A DNA stretch of 64,000 nucleotides from Acidimicrobiales bacterium (GCA_036553725.1 DATBOO010000204.1:12565-76564); one strand, 5' to 3'. Positions 1-9,393 are shown, numbered from the stretch's first letter. Numbers and translations: made by a program. Notes: generated by a model from the letters alone, not told the origin.

Positions 1-8
1 TGGCCGAG

Positions 9-1181
9 GTGCGACTCGTCCGGTGGGCCACCGCAGTTCTCGTCGGCGGCTCGCTGTTGGCGGTCCCCTGGCTCCTCTCCGGAAACGCCGGGAACCAGCT
101 GAAGGCCACCGCGGTGGTCGTCTTCGTGATCATCACCCTCTCCGTCGTGGTGCTCACCGGTTGGGCCGGACAGGTCACCCTCGGCCAGATGGCGTTCGTG
201 GCGTTCGGCGGTGCGACCGGCGCCTACGCCACCCAGACCTGGCACCTCGACCTCAGTCTGGGACTGCTGATCGCGGGAGCCACCGGCGCGGCCGTGGCCA
301 TGCTGGTCAGCCTCCCCACCCTCCGGCTGCGGGGCTTCTTCCCGGCGGTGACCACCCTGGCCTTCGCCATCGCCACCTCGAGCTATCTCCTCAATCCGCA
401 GTACTTCTCGTGGATCCCGGTCAACCGCGTGGCCCGGCCCGCGCTGTTCGGGGCCTTCCGTCTGACCTCACAGCCGAGCTACTACTACGTGTGCCTGGCC
501 TGTCTCCTCCTGGTCACCGTCGGTGTCCGGGGTGTCCGCCAGTCCCGTACCGGCCGGGTCCTGCTCGCCCTGCGCGAGAATGAGCGGGGGATCCAGTCCT
601 TCGGCGTCAACGTCATGCGGGCCAAGCTGACCGCCTTCGGCCTCTCGGGGTTCATCGCCGGCATCGGTGGCTGCCTGCTCGTGCACCTCCTGCAGGCGTT
701 CAGTCCTTCCGTCTTCGGGCCCGGTGCGAGCTTCGAGGTGTTCACCACCGCGGTGGTGGGTGGACTCGGCTCGCTCCTCGGCGCCGCCCTCGGGGCCATC
801 TACCTGCAGGGGGGCCAGTGGTTCCTCCCCGGGGCCGATTGGCAGGCCCTGACCTCGGCGGCCGGGGTGCTGATCGTCTTGATGGTGATCCCGACCGGCC
901 TCAGCGATGTGGTGTTCCGCCTCCGTGACCGCTGGCTGCGCTCGGTGGCCTCCCGGCGGGGCATCGTGGTGCCGAGCCTGGTGGCCGACGTCGGATCACG
1001 GGCCGAGCGGGAGCGCGTCGAACCGGTCGAAGTCGTCGTCGGCGACGACCTCCGCATCGCGCTGCCCGAGGGGCCGGAAGCCGGAGCGGCCGGAGCGGCT
1101 GCCGTGGCCGGAGCGGCTGCCGAGACCACCGCGGCGGCCGGCGTCACCGTCGGTGCCGAGGAGGGGTCGGCGCCGCCGTGA
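9..1181 (+). CDS. LIV/HAAT-type ABC transporter permease (LivM-like), possibly 5'-truncated by the window edge
   Basis: 390-aa multi-TM ORF with TGWAGQVTLGQMAFVAFGGATGAYA, typical of LivM permeases. Frame is open back to nt 3. Stop overlaps the next start (GTGA at 1178-1181). Ala-rich C-terminal tail. Confidence 0.85.
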   Translation: MRLVRWATAVLVGGSLLAVPWLLSGNAGNQLKATAVVVFVIITLSVVVLTGWAGQVTLGQMAFVAFGGATGAYATQTWHLDLSLGLLIAGATGAAVAMLVSLPTLRLRGFFPAVTTLAFAIATSSYLLNPQYFSWIPVNRVARPALFGAFRLTSQPSYYYVCLACLLLVTVGVRGVRQSRTGRVLLALRENERGIQSFGVNVMRAKLTAFGLSGFIAGIGGCLLVHLLQAFSPSVFGPGASFEVFTTAVVGGLGSLLGAALGAIYLQGGQWFLPGADWQALTSAAGVLIVLMVIPTGLSDVVFRLRDRWLRSVASRRGIVVPSLVADVGSRAERERVEPVEVVVGDDLRIALPEGPEAGAAGAAAVAGAAAETTAAAGVTVGAEEGSAPP

Positions 1182-4100
1182 GTGCACCGGCGTCATCCCC
1201 ACCTACCCGTTCGACGTCCGCGGTGCACCGGGTGAAGGCCGCCATCCGCCATCCGTCGCGGTGGCTGGCCGGCCTCACCGGCGGCGGCCCGGTCTACGCC
1301 TTGTGGATCCTCTTCGGCCTCAACATGACCTCCCAGATGGACGCCACCGGCTTCAGCATCCTGATCCCCAACATCCGCGACGCCTTTCACATGACCAACG
1401 CCGGCATCCTGTCGCTGGTGGCTGCGGCCGCGGTGGTGGGACTGGCCCTCCAGGTGCCGATCGCCCAGGTGGCCGATCGGCGGAACCGCGTCCACCTCAT
1501 GCTCCTCGGGGCCGGCGTCTTCGCCGCCTTCGTCTTCGGCACGGGCCTGGCCATCTCCGTGTGGATGCTGGCGGTGATGCGCTCGGGTACCGGCGTGGGC
1601 CAGGCCACGGTCGGACCGACCCACAACTCGCTCATCGCCGACTGGTACCCGATCAACTCGCGTCCCCGGGTCTACGCCTTCCACTTCAGCGCCAACGCCA
1701 TCGGAGCCTTCGTCGGGCCGATACTGGCCGGCCTCCTGGCGGCCTGGCTGGGCTGGCGGGCCCCGTTCCTCGTCTTCCCGATCCCGGTGGTGATCCTGAT
1801 CCTCATGGGAGCGGGGCTGAAGGACCCCAGTCGGGGGATCCAGGAGCGGCTGGCCATGGGGGTCACCGAGGCCCTCGAGACCGAGGAGCCCCCGCCGTCC
1901 TTCGCCGAGGGCTGGCGCATGGTCTGGAAGGTCGAGAGCCTCCGCCGGATCTTCTACGCCCTGCCCTTCCTGGCCGCCTCCCTGGTGGGGTTCGCCTCCC
2001 TGGCCTCCATCCTGTACCAGCAGAAGTTCGGCCTCGACGTGGCCCAGCGGGGTTGGGTGGCCGCCGCCGCCGAGCCGGCCCAGCTCATCGGCCTGGCCAT
2101 CGGCGCCCGGGTGGGGAGCAGGTTGATCCAGCGCGATCCCGGGCTCATCCTCCGGTTCCTGGCGGCCGTGGCCCTCGTCACCTCGGGACTGCTCGTCCTG
2201 TTCGCGCTGGTCCCGGTCCTCTGGGTCACCGTCGTGGTCAACATGGCAATCACCGCCTCGCTGGCCGCGGTGGGCTCCGGCATCTACGCCTCGCTGTCGC
2301 TGGCCATCCCGGCCCGATCCCGATCGCTGGGGTTCTCGATGGGGGCCATCTGGGTCATCCCGGGCCTGGTCGTCCTGCCGATCATCGGCGCCATCTCCGA
2401 CTCGGTCGGCATCCGGGTCGGGATGCTCGCACTGGTGCCGGTCTTCCTGGTGGGGGGCCTGGTCATCTCCACCGCCGGCCGGGTGATCGACCGGGACATC
2501 CTCCAGGTCCGGACCATGGCCGCCGCCCGCTCCGAGGTGCTCTTCGCCCGCCGCCGGGGTCTGGTGAAGCTCCTGTTGGTCCGCAGCCTCAACGTCTCCT
2601 ACGGCCAGGTCCAGGTCCTCTTCGACGTCGACTTCGAGATCGAGGAGGGTGAGATCATCGCCCTCCTCGGCACCAACGGTGCCGGCAAGTCGACGCTGCT
2701 GAAAGCCATCTGCGGGGTGGTCGAGGCCGACAAGGGGGCGGTGATCTTCGACGGCCGGGACATCACCCACATGCCTCCCAATGAGATCGCCGCCCTCGGC
2801 ATCACCCAGGTGCCGGGCGGGCAGGGCGTCTTCCCCGGCCTCTCGGTGGCCGACAACCTGAGGGTGGCCGGCTGGCTCGACCGGAGGCACCGCACCCGGA
2901 CCGCAGCGCGCGTCGAGGAGGTGCTCGGGTTCTTCCCGGTACTGTCCGACCGGCTCGACCAGCCCGCCGCCACCCTCTCCGGCGGTCAGCAGCAGATGCT
3001 CGCCCTGTCGATGGCCTTCCTGGCCCGGCCTCGCCTCTTGCTCATCGACGAGCTCAGCCTCGGCCTGGCCCCGGTCGTCGTCGAACAGCTGCTCCCCCTC
3101 GTCGAGGTGATCCGGGCCCAGGGCACGACGGTGATCCTGGTCGAGCAGTCGGTGAATCTGGCCCTGACCATCGCTCACAGCGCGTATTTCATGGAGAAGG
3201 GGGAGATCAAGTTCCACGGGCCGACCGCCGAGCTCCTCGACCGGCCGGACATCCTGCGGTCGGTATTCCTGGGAGGAGCCGGATCGCGGGACGGGCAGGG
3301 GACCGGGGCGGCGCGGGCCACCGCCGCCGCCGCTGCTGCCGCCGTCTCCACCGCCGTCTCCGGGCCCGCGCCGGACGGCCGGACCGGACCGGGCCCGACC
3401 CCGCCGGGCACCACCGGGGCTCCGGCCGCACCCACGCTCGAGGCATCCGGCCTGGCGGTGCGGTTCGGTGGCATCGCCGCGGTGGACGGGGTCTCGCTCA
3501 CTGTGGCCCCCGGCGAGGTCGTCGGCATCATCGGACCGAACGGAGCCGGCAAGACGACGCTCTTCGACCTGATCTCCGGATTCACCCGCAGCGACGCCGG
3601 CACGGTGATGGTCGGGGGTCGGGATGTCACCGGGTCCAGTCCGGATCGGCGGGCCCGGCTCGGACTGGGCCGCTCCTTCCAGGACGCCCGGCTGTTCCCG
3701 GACCTCACCGTCGAGGACACCATCGCCGTCGCCCTCGACCGGTGGGTGGACGTAACCGACCCGTTCAACGCCGCCCTCCACCTCCCGGCCTGGGTCGACT
3801 CCGAGCACAGGGTGCGTCTGCTGGCGGACGAGCTCATCGAGATGCTCAACCTGGAGGCGTTCCGCTCCAAGTTCATTCGGGAGCTGTCGACCGGTTCGCG
3901 GCGGGTGGTCGACCTGGCCTGCGTGGTGGCCCACCGCCCCTCGGTGGTCCTCCTCGACGAGCCCTCGAGCGGGATCGCCCAGCGCGAGTCCGAGGCCCTC
4001 GGGCCCCTGCTGCTCCAGATCCGCGACACGCTCGGGGCCAGCCTGGTGGTCATCGAGCACGACATCCCGCTCCTCACCGGGGTGGCCGACCGGATGGTCG

Positions 4101-4267
4101 CGCTCGATCAAGGCCGGTGTGTGGCCGAGGGCCCACCCCACCAGGTGCTGGAGGACCCGCTGGTGGTGGCGTCGTACCTGGGGGTGACCGACGCGGCCAT
4201 CACCCGATCGGGGATTTCAGCTTCACACCCGCCGGGCTCTTCGGGCCCGGTGACGGCCACCGACTAG
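1178..4267 (+). CDS. Fusion protein: N-terminal MFS-type 12-TM domain + LivF-like ABC ATPase + LivG-like ABC ATPase
   Basis: Uninterrupted 1029 codons. MFS-like motifs AQVADRRNRVHLMLLG, RSGTGVGQA, WRAPFLV in the first ~450 aa. NBD1: GTNGAGKST, LSGGQQQML, LLLIDELSLGLAP, LVEQS. Ala/Pro/Gly linker. NBD2: GPNGAGKTT, LSTGSRR, LLDEPSSGIA, VIEHD, ASYLG. Confidence 0.85.
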   Translation: MSAPASSPPTRSTSAVHRVKAAIRHPSRWLAGLTGGGPVYALWILFGLNMTSQMDATGFSILIPNIRDAFHMTNAGILSLVAAAAVVGLALQVPIAQVADRRNRVHLMLLGAGVFAAFVFGTGLAISVWMLAVMRSGTGVGQATVGPTHNSLIADWYPINSRPRVYAFHFSANAIGAFVGPILAGLLAAWLGWRAPFLVFPIPVVILILMGAGLKDPSRGIQERLAMGVTEALETEEPPPSFAEGWRMVWKVESLRRIFYALPFLAASLVGFASLASILYQQKFGLDVAQRGWVAAAAEPAQLIGLAIGARVGSRLIQRDPGLILRFLAAVALVTSGLLVLFALVPVLWVTVVVNMAITASLAAVGSGIYASLSLAIPARSRSLGFSMGAIWVIPGLVVLPIIGAISDSVGIRVGMLALVPVFLVGGLVISTAGRVIDRDILQVRTMAAARSEVLFARRRGLVKLLLVRSLNVSYGQVQVLFDVDFEIEEGEIIALLGTNGAGKSTLLKAICGVVEADKGAVIFDGRDITHMPPNEIAALGITQVPGGQGVFPGLSVADNLRVAGWLDRRHRTRTAARVEEVLGFFPVLSDRLDQPAATLSGGQQQMLALSMAFLARPRLLLIDELSLGLAPVVVEQLLPLVEVIRAQGTTVILVEQSVNLALTIAHSAYFMEKGEIKFHGPTAELLDRPDILRSVFLGGAGSRDGQGTGAARATAAAAAAAVSTAVSGPAPDGRTGPGPTPPGTTGAPAAPTLEASGLAVRFGGIAAVDGVSLTVAPGEVVGIIGPNGAGKTTLFDLISGFTRSDAGTVMVGGRDVTGSSPDRRARLGLGRSFQDARLFPDLTVEDTIAVALDRWVDVTDPFNAALHLPAWVDSEHRVRLLADELIEMLNLEAFRSKFIRELSTGSRRVVDLACVVAHRPSVVLLDEPSSGIAQRESEALGPLLLQIRDTLGASLVVIEHDIPLLTGVADRMVALDQGRCVAEGPPHQVLEDPLVVASYLGVTDAAITRSGISASHPPGSSGPVTATD

Positions 4268-4340
4268 CCCTCCGGACTGGAGACGGTCGAGTACGTGCCG
4301 AGTGGGTACAGTTCCGATCAGCCAACCGGGGGATGAGCCG

Positions 4341-6047
4341 ATGTCATCGATACCACCACCACCAGCCAGGGCCGGGTTCCTCAAGCGGTTCGGTCCGCTG
4401 ATCGCCATCGTGGTGGTGGCGGTGGTGGTGGTGGTGGTGGTCGCCACCCGGTCGTCGAAGTCGCCGTCCACCAGCGCGTCGCCGACCACCACCTCGGCTG
4501 CTCCGTCCGGTGCGCCGGCCGGGGTCGTCTCCTTCACCCAGGCCAAGCAGGAGGGCAAGGTCAACTCGATCAACTGGGGCGACCGCTGTGACACCTCCAC
4601 CGGCAAGCTCAAGTACCCGAGCTTCTTCGCCGGCGCGTGCTACGCCCCCTTCACCGGGGACAACGGGGGGGCGACCGCCCAGGGGGTGACTCCGACCACC
4701 ATCAAGGTCGTCTTCTATCAAGCCGAGCAGACCGATCCGATCCTCAACTACATCACCTCGGCCATCAAGGACACGGCCACCAACCAGCAGACCGTCGACA
4801 CCATGCAGAATTGGGTGTCGTTCTACAACCACTACTTCGAGACATACGGCCGCACCGTGGAGATGGTTCCGTACACAGCCACCGGGACGTCGGACGATCC
4901 GGTGGCGGCGAGGGCCGACGCCGTCACCATCGCCACCAACATCAAGCCGTTCGCCGTCTGGGGCGGGCCCATCCTCACCACCGCCTTCGCCGACGAGCTG
5001 GCTGCCCGCAACACGCTGTGCATCGACTGCGGCTCCGGAGACACCAGCAGCTACTTCCAGCAGCGCTCGCCGTATGTCTGGTCGCTCGGCATCCTGCCCG
5101 AGCAGGGGATCACCCACGTGGCGGAGTTCCTGAAGAAGCAGGTGGCCGGGCGGGACGCCTCCTTCGCCGGGGAGAGCGACTTCACCAGCCAGAAGCGGAA
5201 GTTCGGGCTCGTCGACCTGGTCAACGACGCCAATTCGGCGCAGTTGCTCACCGACTGGAAGCAGAAGCTGTCGGCCGCCGGCATCGACGTGGCCCAGTAC
5301 GTGACCTATGCCTCGCCGGTCGATCTCCAGACCAGTGCGCCGGCCCTCATCGCCAAGCTGAAGGACGCCGGGGTGACCTCGGTGATCTTCTCCGGGGATC
5401 CCATCGCCCCGCAGTCGCTGACCCGGGCGGCCACCAGCCAGGGCTACTTCCCCGAGTGGGTCATCTCGGGCTCGGTGCTCACCGACACGGCCGCCTTCGG
5501 CCGCACCTATGACCAGCGGCAGTGGGCCCATGCCTTCGGGGTGTCCTTCGGTGCGGCCCGCACCGGCGTGACCGGGGCCATAACGCTCTACAAGTGGTAC
5601 TTCGGGCAGGATCCTCCCGATCTCACCGCCGCCGCCACCTCGGTGGTGGACCCGGCGCTCTTCTATCCGGTGATCCAGGGGGTCGGCCCCGACCTGACCG
5701 CGCAGAACTTCAAGACCGCCACCTTCGCCGGGCTTCCCACCCAGCGGGCCATCACCCAGCCGTCCCTCTCCTGGGGCAACCACGGCATCTGGCCCCAGAC
5801 CGACTTCGGCGGCGTCGACGACGCCACCGAGGTGTGGTGGAACCCGTCGATCTCCGGCCCCGACGAACTCGGCCGCCAGGGCCGTGGCCTCTACGAGTAC
5901 GTGGGCGGGGGCACCCGCTACCTGCCGGGCCAGTGGCCGACGGAAGCGACCAGGGCGTTCCAGAAGTCAGGGGCGGTGGCCATCTACACCACGCCGCCGG
6001 CCAGCGAGCAGGTGCCGAACTACCCCTCGCCCGCCGCCCACGGCTGA
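4341..6047 (+). CDS. ABC transporter substrate-binding protein (LivJ/K-like type I periplasmic-binding fold), membrane-anchored
   Basis: N-terminal hydrophobic anchor followed by a Ser/Thr/Pro linker. The body resembles Leu/Ile/Val-type binding proteins (TIKVVFYQ..., KPFAVWGG, VTSVIFSGDP). Directly follows the LIV permease/ATPase genes. ATG 4341 preferred over GTG 4302. Confidence 0.75.
   Translation: MSSIPPPPARAGFLKRFGPLIAIVVVAVVVVVVVATRSSKSPSTSASPTTTSAAPSGAPAGVVSFTQAKQEGKVNSINWGDRCDTSTGKLKYPSFFAGACYAPFTGDNGGATAQGVTPTTIKVVFYQAEQTDPILNYITSAIKDTATNQQTVDTMQNWVSFYNHYFETYGRTVEMVPYTATGTSDDPVAARADAVTIATNIKPFAVWGGPILTTAFADELAARNTLCIDCGSGDTSSYFQQRSPYVWSLGILPEQGITHVAEFLKKQVAGRDASFAGESDFTSQKRKFGLVDLVNDANSAQLLTDWKQKLSAAGIDVAQYVTYASPVDLQTSAPALIAKLKDAGVTSVIFSGDPIAPQSLTRAATSQGYFPEWVISGSVLTDTAAFGRTYDQRQWAHAFGVSFGAARTGVTGAITLYKWYFGQDPPDLTAAATSVVDPALFYPVIQGVGPDLTAQNFKTATFAGLPTQRAITQPSLSWGNHGIWPQTDFGGVDDATEVWWNPSISGPDELGRQGRGLYEYVGGGTRYLPGQWPTEATRAFQKSGAVAIYTTPPASEQVPNYPSPAAHG
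4410..4439 (+). repeat. In-frame (GTG)3-GCG-(GTG)6 trinucleotide run
   Basis: Read directly: gtggtggtggcggtggtggtggtggtggtg. It encodes the poly-Val core (VVVAVVVVVV) of the binding-protein membrane anchor. Confidence 0.9.
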
Positions 6048-6065
6048 GCGGTCGCTCCCTCCGCC

Positions 6066-7538
6066 GTGGGCTCCCGGGCCGAGATCAAAGCGGTCCGCCG
6101 CCACCGGGTCCCGGCCTGGTGGACCGATGCCAAACTCGGCATCTTCGTCCACTGGACCCCCGCCTCGGTTCCGGCCTTCGCCCCGGTGGACAGCGAGATC
6201 GGCGACCTGCTGGCCCGCCGGGATCCCGGCGCCATGGCCTGGTCCCCCTACGCCGAGTGGTACCAGAACTCGCTCCGGTTCCCCGACAGCCCCGCCGCCC
6301 GGTTCCACGCCCGGCACTATCCGGGCCGGAGCTACGACTCGTTCATCCCGGAGTGGGAGGCCGGCCTGGCCGGCTGGGATCCCGACGGGTGGGCGGCCCG
6401 CTTCGCCGCCACCGGGGCCCGCTACGTCGTCCTGGTGGCCAAGCACCATGACGGCTACTGCCTGTGGCCCACCGATGTGCCCAACCCCAACCGGCCCGGA
6501 TTCCACTCGACGCGGGACGTGGTCGGTGAGCTGGCCGAGGCGGTCCGGGCCCGCGGCCTGCGCTTCGGCGTCTACTACTCCGGCGGGCTCGACTGGACCT
6601 TCAACGACCGTCCCATCGGATCGTTCGGCGACCTGCCGGCGGCCCAGCCCCGTGGCGGGTACGTCGCCTACGCCGAGGCCCACCTGCGCGAGCTCATCGG
6701 CCGGTACCGCCCCAGCGTCCTCTGGAACGACATCTCGTGGCCGGGCAGTCTGCGACAGCTCGCCGGCCTGCTGGCCGGGTACTACGACACGGTGCCCGAC
6801 GGCGTGGTCAACGACCGGTTCATGCCGTGGTCGCCGCTGTGGGAACTGGCCAAGTCGCCACCCGGCCGCCGGATGCTCGACTTCTACTCGGCCCGGAGCG
6901 CGGCGGCCAAGCGGGGACTGGTGCCGCCCCGGCCTCCCCTGTTCGATGTCCGCACCCCGGAGTATGCGGTGTTCGACGGCGTGCAGCCGACCCCGTGGGA
7001 GTGCGTCCGGGGCATGGACAAGGGCTTCGGGCACAACCGGGAGTCGACCGAGGAGGACTTCATCTCCCGACGGGACCTGGTGTGGTCACTGGCCGACATC
7101 GCCGCCAAAGGCGGCAACCTGCTGCTCAACATCGGGCCCCGGGGCGAGGATGCGACGATCGCCGACCCTCAGCTCCGCCGCCTCGAATGGCTCGCCCGGT
7201 TCACCGACGCGTCCGGGGATGCGCTGTTCACCACCCGGCCCTGGGTCCGTCCCCAGGGGGTGGCCGAAGATGGCGTCGAGATCCGCTACACGACCCGGGA
7301 CACCTCCGTGTTTGCGTTCCTCCGGCTGGTGGGACCCGATCGGGGAACGGATCCGGCAGCGACCCGCCCGGTGACCCTGGCCGAGGTGCGGGCGACGCCG
7401 ATGACCGAGGTGGCCACGCTGGACGGGCGACCCCTGGCCTGGGTGCCCACCCCGGACGGGATCAGGGTCGAGCCCGAGGAGGCACTCTCCGCCGAGCTGC
7501 CCGTCGTCGTCGCCCTCCGCCATGTCGAGGCCGGCTGA
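6066..7538 (+). CDS. Alpha-L-fucosidase, glycoside hydrolase family 29 (copy 1)
   Basis: WWTDAKLGIFVHWTPASVPAF, YVVLVAKHHDGYCLWPT, VLWNDISWP and NLLLNIGPRGEDATI are classic GH29 blocks. No signal peptide. Confidence 0.9.
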   Translation: MGSRAEIKAVRRHRVPAWWTDAKLGIFVHWTPASVPAFAPVDSEIGDLLARRDPGAMAWSPYAEWYQNSLRFPDSPAARFHARHYPGRSYDSFIPEWEAGLAGWDPDGWAARFAATGARYVVLVAKHHDGYCLWPTDVPNPNRPGFHSTRDVVGELAEAVRARGLRFGVYYSGGLDWTFNDRPIGSFGDLPAAQPRGGYVAYAEAHLRELIGRYRPSVLWNDISWPGSLRQLAGLLAGYYDTVPDGVVNDRFMPWSPLWELAKSPPGRRMLDFYSARSAAAKRGLVPPRPPLFDVRTPEYAVFDGVQPTPWECVRGMDKGFGHNRESTEEDFISRRDLVWSLADIAAKGGNLLLNIGPRGEDATIADPQLRRLEWLARFTDASGDALFTTRPWVRPQGVAEDGVEIRYTTRDTSVFAFLRLVGPDRGTDPAATRPVTLAEVRATPMTEVATLDGRPLAWVPTPDGIRVEPEEALSAELPVVVALRHVEAG

Positions 7539-7596
7539 ACCCACGGCCGGGGCTGGGTCACCCCGGCGCTCCGGCACCTGACGGGGCCGCCGATGA

Positions 7597-9267
7597 TCAA
7601 CCCTGACCTGCTGTGGCCCCCGGCTTGGCGGACAGTCTGAGCGCCTCACTCCAGGATTCCGGCGTGTTGGCCGTGGTGGCCTTGGCGACGATCTCCTCCA
7701 GGCCTTGCGCCTTCCGTCCCGCACCGGCGGCAGCTTGAGCCGCGAGCCTCGCCGCCTCCGCCAGCTTCGGAGCCTCCTGGGCCGACTGCTCGGCTGTCTG
7801 CTTGGCCTCGGCGGCCGCCCGTTCCGCCGCCTTGGCTGCCTCCGCGGCTTCCTGGGCGGCCTTGGCCGTACGCTCAGCCGATCGGCGGGCGTCAGAGACC
7901 TTGCGGGCCGCGGCCTGGGCCCGCTCGGCGGCGTCCTCGGCCTCCTTGGCCGTCTGCCCCGCCAGCTGGGTGGCGTCGGCCGCCGCTTGCATGGTCTGGG
8001 CAACCTCGGCCACGACGGCCGCAACCCGGGCCGCTTCCTGCCAGGCCTCGGGGGTCCCGAGGGCCTGGGCCTTCGTGACTGCCCTCTCGGTCTGCTCGGC
8101 CCAGCTGGTGGCCTCTTCCGCCGCCCCCTGGTTCCTTGCACTCTTCGCCCTCGTCGCAGGAGGCGTCACAGCTTGATGGCGCAGATCGTTGCCATTGAGA
8201 CGATCGTTGCCTGTGAACGATGTGACGACCACGGCATCGCCGGGTGCTCTCGCGTCCATTGCTGATTCCCCCTCTGGGTTCGGTGCCACTTCCACGTTGT
8301 CTCCGGTGTCGGCTTCCGCCCCCGCTCTCACTTCCAACTCTTCTTCCACAGTTGGTGCGGACTCGGCCTTCGGTTCCGCATCCGGCTCCGTCATCGGTTC
8401 GCTCTTGGTCTCTGCCCTCGGCTCCGCCTCCGGTTCTGGTCTTGTCTCTGCCTTCGGTTCCTGTTTCGTCTCTCCGAACCCGCGCAGGGCGGTCCAGGTC
8501 TCATCGCCGCCGCCCGATCGTTCCGTCGGCGAGGGATCGGCCATGCGGGAGGACGAAGTTGCCGGCGGAGTGGATGCCGGAGATTCCGAGGGTGTGGCTG
8601 CCGGTGGTGTCGGGGCAACAGCGAAAGCCGGCGTGACGGCCGGCGTGACAGCCGGCACCGCGGCGCTGGCCGTCGGCGGCGGGGCAGCCGGTACGGAAGG
8701 GCCAACCCGGGGGCCGCTGCGTCCGGCAGCTGCCTTCGCGTCCCCGGCCGGGGACGGCTGCGACCGGAACGGCGCCAGCAGTTCGCTGGCACTCAGATCG
8801 GCGGTTCGGGACCCACCAGCCCGAGGCCCGGGGCCCGGTGGGGGTGGGGGTGGGGATGCCGGCGCATCGGGGGCTCGTGAGCCGGTGGCCTTCTGCTCGG
8901 CGACCCGGGAGAAGGAATCGAGCGAGGAGACGTCGGCACCCGCCGGTGCCGGGGCCGGAGTGCTCACTTCCGCGTCGCCGACACGCGAGTGGACGTGCAT
9001 GACCTGGCCGGTCAGGTGAAATCCGTCCCAGTAGCGCATCAGCCCCGGGTCGGCCTCATCGGGGTACCACCCCGGCCCGGCATTGTCCGGCAGGGCCACG
9101 GATGCGGTCGGGTGCGGGGTCCCCTCATCCGCTCCGGCACTGCCGGCTGGGCGGTCCTCGGGACGGGGGTCATTCGAGACGACCTGCGCCACCTGGTCGG
9201 ACGCTTTGAGGTCGGTCCGTTCATCTCCCGTCGCCTTCGGGTGGCGTGCGAATGGGCGCAGTACCAT
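7597..9267 (-). CDS. DUF2510-domain protein with a disordered Pro/Ala/Glu-rich middle and an Ala-rich helical C-terminus
   Basis: Trimmed from the 719-aa ORF to ATG 9267 (MVLRPFARHP). GWYPDEADPGLMRYWDGFHLTG matches the DUF2510 motif. The C-terminal ~200 aa is AAEAAKAAERAAAEAKQ-type helix. The upstream part of the ORF overlaps the EAL gene region. Confidence 0.65.
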   Translation of the reverse strand: MVLRPFARHPKATGDERTDLKASDQVAQVVSNDPRPEDRPAGSAGADEGTPHPTASVALPDNAGPGWYPDEADPGLMRYWDGFHLTGQVMHVHSRVGDAEVSTPAPAPAGADVSSLDSFSRVAEQKATGSRAPDAPASPPPPPPGPGPRAGGSRTADLSASELLAPFRSQPSPAGDAKAAAGRSGPRVGPSVPAAPPPTASAAVPAVTPAVTPAFAVAPTPPAATPSESPASTPPATSSSRMADPSPTERSGGGDETWTALRGFGETKQEPKAETRPEPEAEPRAETKSEPMTEPDAEPKAESAPTVEEELEVRAGAEADTGDNVEVAPNPEGESAMDARAPGDAVVVTSFTGNDRLNGNDLRHQAVTPPATRAKSARNQGAAEEATSWAEQTERAVTKAQALGTPEAWQEAARVAAVVAEVAQTMQAAADATQLAGQTAKEAEDAAERAQAAARKVSDARRSAERTAKAAQEAAEAAKAAERAAAEAKQTAEQSAQEAPKLAEAARLAAQAAAGAGRKAQGLEEIVAKATTANTPESWSEALRLSAKPGATAGQG

Positions 9268-9393
9268 ACTCCACCTTTCGGCATCCGCCCCGGTTTCCTT
9301 GAGGGGTCGAGGGCGGGCGGGCGAGGCTGGATCGGTCCTTTTCGGCCCCTTTTCCACCTCAAGGCGGTTGCCCTCCCTGCCGATATCAGAGGT

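Noticed and set aside
1193-4141. 982-aa minus-strand ORF, plus several 100-580-aa plus-strand alternative-frame ORFs over 23-2652
   Set aside because: They overlap the LivM-like and MFS-NBD-NBD genes, which carry clear motifs. The alternative translations are Arg/Pro/Gly-rich nonsense.
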